A program made the translations under genes and the position numbers. Below the pieces are notes generated by a model. It was not told the origin of the DNA and did not search any database. It saw only the letters and a program-made list of their open reading frames with translations. Shown here one piece after another: positions 9,601 through 18,523 of a DNA stretch of 64,000 bases; position 1 is the stretch's first letter, and each line of letters begins with the position of its first letter. Source of the DNA: Bacteroidota bacterium (GTDB lineage: Bacteria > Bacteroidota > Bacteroidia > 2-12-FULL-35-15); NCBI GenBank assembly GCA_023251805.1, contig JAHEYB010000009.1, forward strand, positions 2,056-66,055, in the 5' to 3' direction.

Positions 9601-12600
9601 CAGTTGTGCAGGTGTTCTTCCTTGTGATGGTTCCGCTACGTCAGCGCCATCTGGAGGCGTACCTCCATACTCGTTATTTGACTGGTCTCCGGGAGCACCC
9701 ACTGGTGATGGCACTCCAACGGTTACAGGGCTTTGTGCAGGAACATACAATTTAACTGTGTTGGATGCAAATTTGTGTCCTTCTACCATGTCCGTCACCA
9801 TTACACAGCCACTAGTGCTCACTGCGCCAATTACAAGTTCTACTTCCAGTTGTAATATTTGCAATGGAACAGCAACTGTAACACCAGCAGGCGGAACTCC
9901 AGGGTATACTTATTTATGGATGCCAACCGGACAAGTTACTCCAACAGCAGTTGGGCTTTGTCCGAATGTTACTTATACAGTTACTGTAACCGATGCAAAT
10001 GGACGTGTTGCTACTAGCACAGTTACTATTATGCAAACAATCATAATTAGTATTACGACATCGCCCACTACATTGAGTTGTTTTGGTGCTTGTGATGGAA
10101 TAGTAACAGCTAATGCTGCCGGTGGTTCTATTCCATATAATTTTGTATGGACAGGCCCATCTCCTTCAACAGCCACTATATCGTTAACTCAAACGGCCAC
10201 AAGTTTGTGTGCCGGAACCTATGTAGTAAATGTTTCTGATGCAGCAGGTTGTTTTAATAGCGACTCAATAACATTTACAGATCCTCCACTTTTAATTGTT
10301 AGCACAAGTACTACTACCGAATCTTGTAGTGGCTCATGTGACGGAACAGCAACAGCAACGCCAACGGGAGGTACAGGAACAATTACTTATTCATGGAATA
10401 CGGTTCCTGTTCAAACAACAGCTACAGCAACGGGATTATGTACGGGTTCTTATACTTTAACAATAACAGATTCCAGCGGATGTACAGCTTTGGATACTGT
10501 AGTAATCACTGGCCCGCCAGCAGTGGTAGATAACTTCACCATAACTGACGCAAATTGTTTGTTTGCTGATGGTTCTATTTCTGTGGCACCAACAGGCGGA
10601 GCAGGTGCAGGAAGTTACACGTATGATTGGGGTCCGGGAAGTCCAGCAGGTGATTTTACCGCAACAATAACTGGCCTTTTACCGGGAATTTATACGCTCG
10701 CTATTACAACTGGAGGCTGTACTTATAATTTTAGCTATATTGTCAATAACATTGCCGGACCAACTACCACAATGTCAAGCACAGATGTTTCTTGTTTTGG
10801 AGCATGCGATGGAACAGCAACTGTTGTGGCTGCTGGTGGAGCACCGGGCTATTTATATGATTGGACTCCAGGTGCACCAACAGGTGATGGAACGGCTGCA
10901 ATTACAGCATTGTGTGGAACAATAACGTACACGGTTACCGTTACCGATGCTGCAGGTTGTATAACGATAGATACCGCAACAGTTATTAATCCGTCTTTAA
11001 TTTCACCAAACCCTACTGTTGTGAACGAAAGTTGCGGAGGTGCTTGCGATGGAAGTATTACTTTGGCGCCAACAGGTGGAACTCCAGGTTATACCTACTT
11101 GTGGAGTACAGGTGCTACAACACCCTCTATCAGTGGTTTGTGTGCAGGTCCATATACATTTACAGTTACCGATAGCAATGGTTGTGATTCTGTTTTAACG
11201 ATTACTATTGTTTCTCCGCCTTTATTGGTTGTTACACTTTCAAGCACTGATGTAACTTGTAATGGTTTTTGTGATGGAACAGCAACTGCAGTTGTAGTGG
11301 GTGGAACAGGTGCTGGAACGTATTCTTATTCTTGGTTACCAAATCCTCCATTGGGTCCGCTTTTCCCTTTGCCAAATGTTATAGGATTGTGTCCCGGAAG
11401 TTATGATATTACAGTTACTGACGGAAACGGATGTACAGCTTTAGATACAGTAATTATTACAGAACCAGTGGCCTTAACAACTGTGACTTCTCAAACCAAT
11501 GCTTCTTGTTTTGGAGTTTGTGATGGTCAGGCAATTGTAACGGCTAGTGGAGGAACGTTGCCATATACCTATTTGTGGAATGATCCGGGTGCAACAGCAA
11601 TTGATACCGCTAATGGATTGTGCGCAGGAAGTTACACAGCTACCGTTACCGATTTTAATGGTTGTGTTTCATCTACTCCTACAGTTTTAATCTCTCAACC
11701 TGCATCAATTTTGCCCAATGCAACGTTTGTAAATCCAACTTGTAACAGCTCTTGTAATGGAACAGCAACAGCTGCTCCAACAGGTGGCTCAGGAGTTTAT
11801 ACTTATTTGTGGAATGATCCATTAGCGCAAACAACGGCTACCGCTTCGGGATTATGTGCCGGAACTTATATGGTTACTGTTGATGATGGAAATTGTTTCG
11901 CCACACAAAATGTTACTTTAATAGACCCTGCTGTTTTAAATGCAAATCCTTCTGCAACTTCTCCAACTTGTGTTGGCGATTGCGATGGAAGTGTCACGTC
12001 CAACCCAACTGGCGGAACCGGTGCCGGAACATATACCTATTCTTGGACTCCTGGCTTAATACTTACTCAAACTGTAACTAGTTTGTGCCCGAATATATAC
12101 ACTGTTATCGTAAACGATGCAAATGGTTGTGCTGATACGCAAAGTGTTACTCTTTCAGATCCTCCGGGAATAGACGTTGTGATTGGAAGCACGCCTGCAA
12201 ATTGTGGAGTGTGTGACGGAACAATTACAATTACACCAACCACAGGATTAGCTCCTTATACTTATGTGTGGACGATAGCTTTAACCGGTTTGCCTCCTGC
12301 ATTGCCATTTACAGGAAATGGAACATCGAGCGTTTCAAATGTATGTGCTGATTTGTATAATGTTTTGGTAACCGATGCAAATGGTTGCGATTCGATATTT
12401 ACAATCCCAATGAATAATTCAAGCGGACCAACAGGTGCAATAACTACTAGTAATCCTGCCTCTTGTCCTGGAGTTTGTGACGGAAGCGGTTCAGTCGATA
12501 CAGTAATTGGTGGAACACCTGCATTTACTTTCTTGTGGAACGATATTCCGGGTACAGCAAATGATAGTGCTTTCAACCTGTGTGACAGCGCTTATTTCGT

Positions 12601-15265
12601 TCAGATAACAGATGCTGCGGGTTGTATTTATTTTGCTCCTATTACAATTACTGAACCTGCTCCAATTCTTTCAAATGGGGTTATTACAATGGCATTGTGT
12701 AGTAATATTTGTACCGGTGCAATTACTGTTGCTCCAACAGGCGGGACAGCAGGATATACTTATTTCTGGACTCCCGGGGTAATAACAGGACAAGGCACTC
12801 CAACAGTTACAGGGTTGTGTTCGGGAACGTATACTTTATCAATAACCGATGCAAATTTTTGTGTGAAAGTGGATTCATTTGTGGTGGGACAATCCACTCC
12901 GCTAACTGCTACAATTGCTTCAACAAATATTTCTTGCTCGGCCTCTTGCAATGGAATTGCATATATTAATATCACTTCAGGAACCGGTCCATATACCATT
13001 CAATGGAATGACCCATCCGGACAAACTAACGATACAGCTTTTGCACTTTGTGCAGGAAATTATTCGGTAGATATTACAGATGCTTTAGGTTGTACACTTA
13101 CTTTAAATACAACAGTTACTTCAACTCCACCAGTATTAGCAAATGCTGTTATCACGGGTGCCACTTGCGGATTGTGTGATGGTAGTGCTACTGTAACTCC
13201 AACAGGCGGAACAGCAGGGTACACTTATTTGTGGAGTAACGGACAAATTACTCCAACAGCCACAGCATTATGTTCGGGATTATATACTGTTGATATTACC
13301 GATGCAAATGGATGTGTTACCAATGTGCCTATTCCGGTAAACAATACAAGCGGACCAACAAGTGCAACTATCGTTTCAACAAACATTACTTGCAACGGAT
13401 TGTGTAATGGTTCAGTGGCTTCAGTAACTCCGGTGGGTGGAACAGCACCATATACTTTCTTGTGGATTGCAAGCGGACAAACTACTGCTGCAATTGGAAG
13501 CTTATGTGCAGGAACTTATTTTATTCAAATTACTGATGTGAATGGTTGTTCATTAATGGATTCAGTTATTATTACGGAGCCATCTCCAATATTAGCAAAT
13601 CAGGTAATTACTGCTGCAACTTGCGGGTTGTGTGATGGAACAATTACCATTGCTCCAAGTGGAGGAACTGGTCCTTATACCGTTTTATGGAATACAGGTT
13701 CAAGTGCTTTATCTTTAATTAATTTATGTGCAGGTGTTTATTCAGTTGATATTACTGATGCTGCAGGTTGTATACAAAATGTGATGATTCCTTTAAATAG
13801 CCAGAGTGGTCCAACCATTACCACTTTCCCTACCGATGTTACATGCAATGGATCTTGTAATGGAATAGATAGCGTTTATGCAACTGGTTCTTCACCGTTT
13901 GTATATCTGTGGAATGATGTGTCTTTACAAACAACTCCGGTAACCACTGCAACACTATGTGCAGGAACTTATTTTATTCAAGTAACCGATGCTGCAGGTT
14001 GTGTTACAATAGCCCCTTCAATAATTTCAGAACCCGATTCAATTGGATTTAGTGTTGCAAATGCGCAAGACCCATTGTGTAACGGAAATGCAAATGGACA
14101 AATAACAATTATTCCGTCAGGAGGAACATTGTCATATACTTATAGCTGGACACCGGCTCCAGCACTAGGACAAATTACTGCAACAGCAGTTGGTTTAGAT
14201 GCAAATACATATATTGTAACAGTAACCGATGCCAATGGTTGTAATGCAACACAAACAGTTACATTGGTAAATCCTGTTTCTTTAACTATCAGTAATGTTG
14301 CAACGCCTTCAAGTTGTAATACAATTCCTGATGGAGCAATTGATGTAACAGTTGGTGGTGGAACGCTTCCATATACTTATTTATGGAGTGGTGGTTCATC
14401 TGCAGTAACCGAAGACTTAGTGGGGATTTTAAGCGGAACGTATACTATTACAGTTACCGATTCCAACTCTTGTACAATTGTCGACACCATTATTTTATTA
14501 CCTGCACAAACGGTAATTGCAGATGCAGGAAATGATACTTCTTTCTGTGAGAGTGGTGCAATTACTTTAGATGCTTCTGCAAGTGTAAATGGAACAACAT
14601 ATCAATGGTTTGATATGAGTAATACCTTGTTGGGCTCTTCTGTTACTTTGACGTTTAATCCTCCAACAGGTACAAATAGTTTTTATGTAGTGGTAGATAA
14701 TGGAACGGGTTGTTCGGATAATGATACTGTTGATGTTACAGCAAATCCATTACCAAATGCAAATGCCGGAGCGGATGTTACAATTGTCATTGGAGCAACA
14801 ACTCCTATAGGTGGAAGTCCTACTACAAGTGCTGTTGGCGCCACTATTTCCTGGACTCCAGCACCAAGTTCATTAGATAATTATACAGCAAGTAATCCAA
14901 ATGCAAATCCTGCAACAACTACAACTTATACAGTAACAGTAACATCAGCACAAGGTTGTACGGCAGTAGATTCAGTTGTAATAACCGTTCGTCCAAGTAT
15001 TATTTTTCCTGATGGTATTTCTCCAAATGCCGATGGTGCAAACGATGAATGGATTATTGATGGAATTGATTTGTTCCCTAATTGTGAAGTTGAGGTGTAC
15101 AATCGTTGGGGTGAATTATTGTTTCAATCGGTTGGATACAAAGAAACTTGGAAAGGAACATTTAAAGGCAAAGAGCTACCGGTTGGAACTTATTATTATG
15201 TAATTGATTTAAAAGATGATTTATTTCCGGATGCTTATACTGGACCTATAACTATTATGAGATAG
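6638..15265 (+). CDS. Giant cell-surface adhesin: ~30 SprB-type repeats plus T9SS type-B C-terminal sorting domain
   Basis: Signal peptide 'MKNFKRNILLSFVLVIVASASA' from ATG at 6638. About 30 units with the pattern CxGxC[DN]GxA..GGxxPYTYxW..LCxGxYxVTVTDxNGC..ITEP. C-terminus is 'FPDGISPNADGANDEWIIDG..EVEVYNRWGELLFQS..GTYYYVIDL' (gliding-motility type-B CTD, TIGR04131-like). Confidence 0.9.
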   Translation: MKNFKRNILLSFVLVIVASASATNLYWVGGTGDWNDIKHWSLTTGGAHGNVIPTSSDDVFFDQNSFTADKQTVKLVTNSVCHNIDWNGIDDKAIFSAGKERILIVYGSFKLSPLLFNGFLGKTIFGSSSLNNSIATAGKMIIGNWEFNGSGSWVLIDDISTERPVSIALTKGSLFTNGKTVYCGSFIGNSSQQRLLDLSSSEIFIKDKWDFSSPSQLTFETGTSRIIFEDSLNDNKFRSGGLVYNSVSAMAAACSPSGTPCATFTISITATNVTCNGLCNGTASATVVPAAGPYTYDWSPGTPTGDFTPNITALCTGTYTVRVTNTSTGAFCFCSIAITEPGVLFDFELVTTPPTCNGLCDGSSTIAASGGTGAYSYAWTIGGLPPGPPFSGNGNDTVTGVCAGSYDVTVSDANGCTGSTTIIVTEPAVLVAPGSSTNVTCFGFCDGTATVVAAGGSPPYTYDWTPGSPIGDGTASITNLCPGSYTCTVTDTNACSATFIATITQPPILTLTMSQTNASCGGVCDGTATATITGGTSPYTYVWSNGSTTTTASLSNTISGLCAGGYTVTITDFNGCVITNNVTITEPLVLVATATGTDVNCFGACDGTATVVVVGGTAGYTYDWTPGAPIGDGTATITSLCPGSYTVTVTDINGCNDTGAVTINQPALLIPNPTSTNVLCNGACNGTATAAPTGGTFPYIYDWTPGAPVGDGTATITNLCPGTYSVLVTDANGCDTLESVTITEPPILDAGESFTNVTCNGACDGTATSTPTGGTPGYTYLWSTGAVTPGISGLCPGSYTVTVTDANGCTNSATVVITQPNVLSVSIATTALLCNGDCNAIATATITGGTALYTIDWTPGAPIGDGTTIISSLCAGTYTIDVIDANGCPATASATIFQPTALVLVTSTTDVTCFGACNGTASAVAGGGTPGYSYSWMPGGLTTSSISGLCPGSYTLTVTDLNGCTILDTVTITEPTQVFANPSVLTNISCAGVLPCDGSATSAPSGGVPPYSLFDWSPGAPTGDGTPTVTGLCAGTYNLTVLDANLCPSTMSVTITQPLVLTAPITSSTSSCNICNGTATVTPAGGTPGYTYLWMPTGQVTPTAVGLCPNVTYTVTVTDANGRVATSTVTIMQTIIISITTSPTTLSCFGACDGIVTANAAGGSIPYNFVWTGPSPSTATISLTQTATSLCAGTYVVNVSDAAGCFNSDSITFTDPPLLIVSTSTTTESCSGSCDGTATATPTGGTGTITYSWNTVPVQTTATATGLCTGSYTLTITDSSGCTALDTVVITGPPAVVDNFTITDANCLFADGSISVAPTGGAGAGSYTYDWGPGSPAGDFTATITGLLPGIYTLAITTGGCTYNFSYIVNNIAGPTTTMSSTDVSCFGACDGTATVVAAGGAPGYLYDWTPGAPTGDGTAAITALCGTITYTVTVTDAAGCITIDTATVINPSLISPNPTVVNESCGGACDGSITLAPTGGTPGYTYLWSTGATTPSISGLCAGPYTFTVTDSNGCDSVLTITIVSPPLLVVTLSSTDVTCNGFCDGTATAVVVGGTGAGTYSYSWLPNPPLGPLFPLPNVIGLCPGSYDITVTDGNGCTALDTVIITEPVALTTVTSQTNASCFGVCDGQAIVTASGGTLPYTYLWNDPGATAIDTANGLCAGSYTATVTDFNGCVSSTPTVLISQPASILPNATFVNPTCNSSCNGTATAAPTGGSGVYTYLWNDPLAQTTATASGLCAGTYMVTVDDGNCFATQNVTLIDPAVLNANPSATSPTCVGDCDGSVTSNPTGGTGAGTYTYSWTPGLILTQTVTSLCPNIYTVIVNDANGCADTQSVTLSDPPGIDVVIGSTPANCGVCDGTITITPTTGLAPYTYVWTIALTGLPPALPFTGNGTSSVSNVCADLYNVLVTDANGCDSIFTIPMNNSSGPTGAITTSNPASCPGVCDGSGSVDTVIGGTPAFTFLWNDIPGTANDSAFNLCDSAYFVQITDAAGCIYFAPITITEPAPILSNGVITMALCSNICTGAITVAPTGGTAGYTYFWTPGVITGQGTPTVTGLCSGTYTLSITDANFCVKVDSFVVGQSTPLTATIASTNISCSASCNGIAYINITSGTGPYTIQWNDPSGQTNDTAFALCAGNYSVDITDALGCTLTLNTTVTSTPPVLANAVITGATCGLCDGSATVTPTGGTAGYTYLWSNGQITPTATALCSGLYTVDITDANGCVTNVPIPVNNTSGPTSATIVSTNITCNGLCNGSVASVTPVGGTAPYTFLWIASGQTTAAIGSLCAGTYFIQITDVNGCSLMDSVIITEPSPILANQVITAATCGLCDGTITIAPSGGTGPYTVLWNTGSSALSLINLCAGVYSVDITDAAGCIQNVMIPLNSQSGPTITTFPTDVTCNGSCNGIDSVYATGSSPFVYLWNDVSLQTTPVTTATLCAGTYFIQVTDAAGCVTIAPSIISEPDSIGFSVANAQDPLCNGNANGQITIIPSGGTLSYTYSWTPAPALGQITATAVGLDANTYIVTVTDANGCNATQTVTLVNPVSLTISNVATPSSCNTIPDGAIDVTVGGGTLPYTYLWSGGSSAVTEDLVGILSGTYTITVTDSNSCTIVDTIILLPAQTVIADAGNDTSFCESGAITLDASASVNGTTYQWFDMSNTLLGSSVTLTFNPPTGTNSFYVVVDNGTGCSDNDTVDVTANPLPNANAGADVTIVIGATTPIGGSPTTSAVGATISWTPAPSSLDNYTASNPNANPATTTTYTVTVTSAQGCTAVDSVVITVRPSIIFPDGISPNADGANDEWIIDGIDLFPNCEVEVYNRWGELLFQSVGYKETWKGTFKGKELPVGTYYYVIDLKDDLFPDAYTGPITIMR

Positions 15266-15290
15266 ACCTCAAAATTCGAATCCTTATCCA

Positions 15291-15313
15291 TTCGACTACG
15301 CTCAGGATGACGG
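15291..15313. repeat. Dispersed 23-nt repeat TTCGACTACGCTCAGGATGACGG
   Basis: Identical 23-mer at 22900-22922. Related copies lie at 4813-4863 (inverted pair), 51907-51930, 45008-45029 and 37275-37316. This copy is 26 bp after the adhesin stop codon. Confidence 0.85.
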
Positions 15314-15356
15314 TAAGAGAAAGATGCTTGAAAAAGAAAAGAAAAAAATAAATTGA

Positions 15357-16283
15357 ATGAAAAATAGAATCCTCATATTTATTTTACTGTTTGGTTTTGT
15401 AAAACTAAGTGCTCAACAGTTGCCTCATTACAGCAATTACATGATCAATGATTATGCAATGAATCCTGCGATAGGCGGTAGCGACAACTATTTTGAAGGC
15501 GCTTCTAATAATCGTTATCAGTGGATTGGAATTACTGATGCCCCACGCACCTATATTTTAAGTGTGAACGGCCCGACAAAAAATATGAAAATGGGATTAG
15601 GAGGATTATTGTTTACCGATATTGTTGGACCAACCCGTAGAACGGGTTTGTATTTTTCTTATGCGTATCATTTAAAGGTTACTGAAAAAGTAAAAGTATC
15701 CTTGGGATTATCTGCGGGCTTGCTTCAATTTATGGTGGATGGCTCAAAAATTACATTACGTGACCCTTCTGATTTGGTTATTAGTAATGGTGTTCAATCG
15801 GTACTGATGCCTGATTTCGGAGCGGGAATTTATGCTTATTCTACTGATAAAAAATGGTATGTAGGAGCAAGTGTTCCTCAAATTATTCAACAAAAAATAA
15901 AGTTCTTCGATAACTCAACTACTTCTTTAAGCAAATTAGCAACACATTTTTATGCAACAGCAGGATATAAATTTAGTATCAATGATGATTTTAAAATAGA
16001 ACCTTCTACTTGTATTAAATATGTGAAACCAGCTCCTTTACAATTTGATTTAGGCTTAAGAGCTATCTATCAAGATAAAATATGGATAGGCGGTGCTTTC
16101 CGTTATTTGGATGCTGTTTCGGCAATGGTAGGTTATACCATGCAAGAGAATATTACATTCGCTTATTCTTATGATTTTACAATGACCAACATCAAAAAAC
16201 ACAGCACTGGTACTCATGAGTTGATGATTGGAATAAAATTTCATAAAATGAAGGAAAGTAAAGATGCTGTTAAGATGCAATAA
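15357..16283 (+). CDS. PorP/SprF-family type IX secretion system outer-membrane protein
   Basis: Signal peptide followed by the family-typical 'QQLPHYSNYMINDYAMNPAIGG' N-terminus. The ~300-aa beta-barrel-like sequence ends 'HELMIGIKF'. It lies immediately downstream of a type-B CTD cargo gene, as sprF follows sprB. Confidence 0.85.
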   Translation: MKNRILIFILLFGFVKLSAQQLPHYSNYMINDYAMNPAIGGSDNYFEGASNNRYQWIGITDAPRTYILSVNGPTKNMKMGLGGLLFTDIVGPTRRTGLYFSYAYHLKVTEKVKVSLGLSAGLLQFMVDGSKITLRDPSDLVISNGVQSVLMPDFGAGIYAYSTDKKWYVGASVPQIIQQKIKFFDNSTTSLSKLATHFYATAGYKFSINDDFKIEPSTCIKYVKPAPLQFDLGLRAIYQDKIWIGGAFRYLDAVSAMVGYTMQENITFAYSYDFTMTNIKKHSTGTHELMIGIKFHKMKESKDAVKMQ

Positions 16284-16305
16284 TGCATTCTTGTAAAAGA
16301 TAAAT

Positions 16306-16341
16306 ATCCCGTTTTGCAATTTTGTAGAACGGGATTTTTTT
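16306..16341 (+). terminator. Rho-independent terminator after the PorP/SprF gene
   Basis: ATCCCGT (16306-16312) pairs with ACGGGAT (16329-16335) across a 16-nt loop, followed by a run of 7 T. Confidence 0.6.
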
Positions 16342-16354
16342 GTTTCTTTGTTGT

Positions 16355-17293
16355 ATGAAAAAGCTTGTATTTATAGGTTTTGCTGTTCTGTTTTTATCCT
16401 CAAAGATGTTGGCTCAACCTTTTGCTGATATCTTAAATTTCAACTATCAAACATTCTCATCCAATTATCAGGATAGCACACAATGGAAAAATAAAACCGA
16501 TGATTATTTTTTGAATTTGTTTTTGCCGAAAAATTTCAAAAATGGCAATACCTTATTGGTGCGCTTGAATACCGAAATGCTTAGTTCTACCATAAGCCCG
16601 GATTCTTCTTATTCCTCAACATTGTCCAGCGTTTCATTGCCTTTAGGAATGAAACTGGTATCAAAAAGTAAAAAATGGGAAACAGTAGTTTTGGTTATTC
16701 CTAAAATAGCTTCCGATTTTAAAGATGCTATCGATGCTTACGATTATCAATATGGAGGGATATTTTTGGAGCATTTTGTTCCTAACGACAAAGTAAAAAT
16801 AAAAGCAGGCTTGTATTATAATCGTGAGGCATTTGGGAATTTATTTGTGCCTTTGGTGGGAGTGGATTGGAAAGTGAATGATAGGATTAATTTATATGGA
16901 ATTTTGCCAACCAATTATAAAGTAGAATTTAATCTTGCCAAAAATAAATTGTATACGGGATTAAATTTGAAGTTTTTCACGCGCTCTTTCCGTTTGTCTA
17001 AATCCAGTAACTATGATTATGTACGTTATGATGAATCACAAGTAAAATTATTTGTGGATTATTTTGTAGTTCCCAAAGTGCTTGTGTTTGCTGAAGTAGG
17101 CTATTCTATTGGTAAAAGTCCTTGGCAACATAAATATGGTACGAATGATAAAAAAGAAGCGTATTATGGAAATCCAATTTATACTCCCATTAAAAATTAT
17201 CCTATCATTAGTGTTGGTGTTGCTTATCGTGTGCGATTTGATTTAAAGAAAGAGGAAGAAAAACATACTACTTCTGTTACACCTGCATTTTAA
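16355..17293 (+). CDS. Putative outer-membrane beta-barrel protein (DUF6268-like, from recall)
   Basis: Signal peptide 'MKKLVFIGFAVLFLSSKMLAQ' from ATG at 16355. Alternating hydrophobic beta-strand pattern with frequent aromatic girdle residues. No catalytic motifs seen. Confidence 0.45.
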   Translation: MKKLVFIGFAVLFLSSKMLAQPFADILNFNYQTFSSNYQDSTQWKNKTDDYFLNLFLPKNFKNGNTLLVRLNTEMLSSTISPDSSYSSTLSSVSLPLGMKLVSKSKKWETVVLVIPKIASDFKDAIDAYDYQYGGIFLEHFVPNDKVKIKAGLYYNREAFGNLFVPLVGVDWKVNDRINLYGILPTNYKVEFNLAKNKLYTGLNLKFFTRSFRLSKSSNYDYVRYDESQVKLFVDYFVVPKVLVFAEVGYSIGKSPWQHKYGTNDKKEAYYGNPIYTPIKNYPIISVGVAYRVRFDLKKEEEKHTTSVTPAF

Positions 17294-17302
17294 TTTTGTT
17301 TT

Positions 17303-17779
17303 ATGTCAAAGAAAAAAAAATTCTTCTACTTTTTACTAATCATTTTTGTAATTATTCAATTCATTCGCCCGGAAAGAAATTTGGGAAAGCGAGAAACGGA
17401 AAATACCATTTTTGTTTCAGATGTAGTAGGCAGAATTTTACAAACATCTTGTTTTGATTGCCATTCAAATTATACAAACTATCCTTGGTACACAAACATT
17501 CAACCCATTGGCTGGTGGATGAATCATCATGTGGAGGAAGGAAAAGACGAATTAAATTTTTCGGAGTTTGAGAGCTATTCTTTAAAAAGAAAATTACATA
17601 AACTGAAAGAAATAAAAGAGCAGGTGGAAGAAGGCGAAATGCCATTACGTTCTTATACGCTTCAGCATGGGGAGGCAAAGTTAAACTCAGAACAAAAACG
17701 TATACTCATAAGGTGGGTGGATGATACAAGGAAATACTTGACCGACACCATACCAAAAATTCCGCCCTCTATTAAATAA
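17303..17779 (+). CDS. Heme-binding-domain protein (Haem_bd family), membrane-anchored
   Basis: N-terminal TM anchor, then 'CFDCHSNYTNYPWYTNIQPIGWWMNHHVEEGKDELNFSEF', which matches the CxxCH-containing Haem_bd domain pattern. It starts 10 bp after the preceding gene. Confidence 0.7.
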   Translation: MSKKKKFFYFLLIIFVIIQFIRPERNLGKRETENTIFVSDVVGRILQTSCFDCHSNYTNYPWYTNIQPIGWWMNHHVEEGKDELNFSEFESYSLKRKLHKLKEIKEQVEEGEMPLRSYTLQHGEAKLNSEQKRILIRWVDDTRKYLTDTIPKIPPSIK

Positions 17780-17800
17780 AGGACGGAATTCCCAATTGTA

Positions 17801-18523
17801 TTATTTACTTACAACTAGTTTTTTGGCTATTGTTCCATGTTCGGTGGAAATTGAATAATAATATATTCCATTCGCCAATTTTTCTGTTGAATAGTCGATT
17901 GTTTGAATTCCAGAAGGAAGTTCCTTAGAATCGTAAATGATATCAATCAGCCTACCTGTAACATCTATTAATTTAATAGTTGTGGAAGAAGCATCTACTA
18001 AATTGAATGAAGCAGTAATGTTATTTACTGCCGGATTTGGATAAAGACTAAAGTTTGTAATTTGAGTATTAATGTCTTCAACACCTGCACCACTTGGGGT
18101 ATAATTAATGTTACCGGCTAGTAAGCCTGCATTATTCGTTTCATCACTTTCAACTACATTATCATTACTATCTACCCAAATTCCTAATCGGTAAACACCA
18201 GCCGGAATCCCTGAAGTACCATTAATATTAATGTCCCAACTTGTGATGCTGTATATATTTCCTGCACCCAATGATGGGATTGGAAAAGTACCAATCACCC
18301 AATAATTCCCGGTTCCCATATCATACAAATACATGGCGAGGTCAAATGCCCCTGCCGATGAACTGCCATTGTTTACGGCATCTACGTTAATATCTGTAAT
18401 AATTCCATTTGAGCCAGGAGGTGTGTAGCTATAACTGATTCCCGGTACTAAATCTACTTGAGCTTTTAATGCGCTAACAAATAGCATACACATTAAGCTT
18501 AAAATTGTAATTTTTGTTTTCAT
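17801..18523 (-). CDS. T9SS type-A sorting-domain protein with CARDB-like N-terminal domain
   Basis: Signal peptide present. C-terminal 'LYPNPAVNNITASFNL...NGIYYYSISTEHGTIAKKLVVSK' is a typical Por secretion tail (TIGR04183-like). Confidence 0.75.
   Translation of the reverse strand: MKTKITILSLMCMLFVSALKAQVDLVPGISYSYTPPGSNGIITDINVDAVNNGSSSAGAFDLAMYLYDMGTGNYWVIGTFPIPSLGAGNIYSITSWDININGTSGIPAGVYRLGIWVDSNDNVVESDETNNAGLLAGNINYTPSGAGVEDINTQITNFSLYPNPAVNNITASFNLVDASSTTIKLIDVTGRLIDIIYDSKELPSGIQTIDYSTEKLANGIYYYSISTEHGTIAKKLVVSK

Noticed and set aside
9985-10060. Pseudogenisation of the giant adhesin at the unit with Cys-to-Arg (CGT) and a degraded ITEP boundary.
   Set aside because: The reading frame is intact throughout. 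Several other units also lack one of the four cysteines (for example 'DANCLFADG', 'CNGNANG', 'CNTIPDG'). This is normal repeat divergence, not gene decay.
6952-15203. About 16 ORF-track calls of 60-104 aa inside, antisense to or out of frame with the giant adhesin gene (for example 7707-7904, 8332-8550, 9565-9864, 12262-12576).
   Set aside because: They lie entirely within one long, motif-rich ORF. Their translations are low-complexity mirror images of the Thr/Gly/Cys-rich repeats. They are explained by the codon composition of the repeat region.
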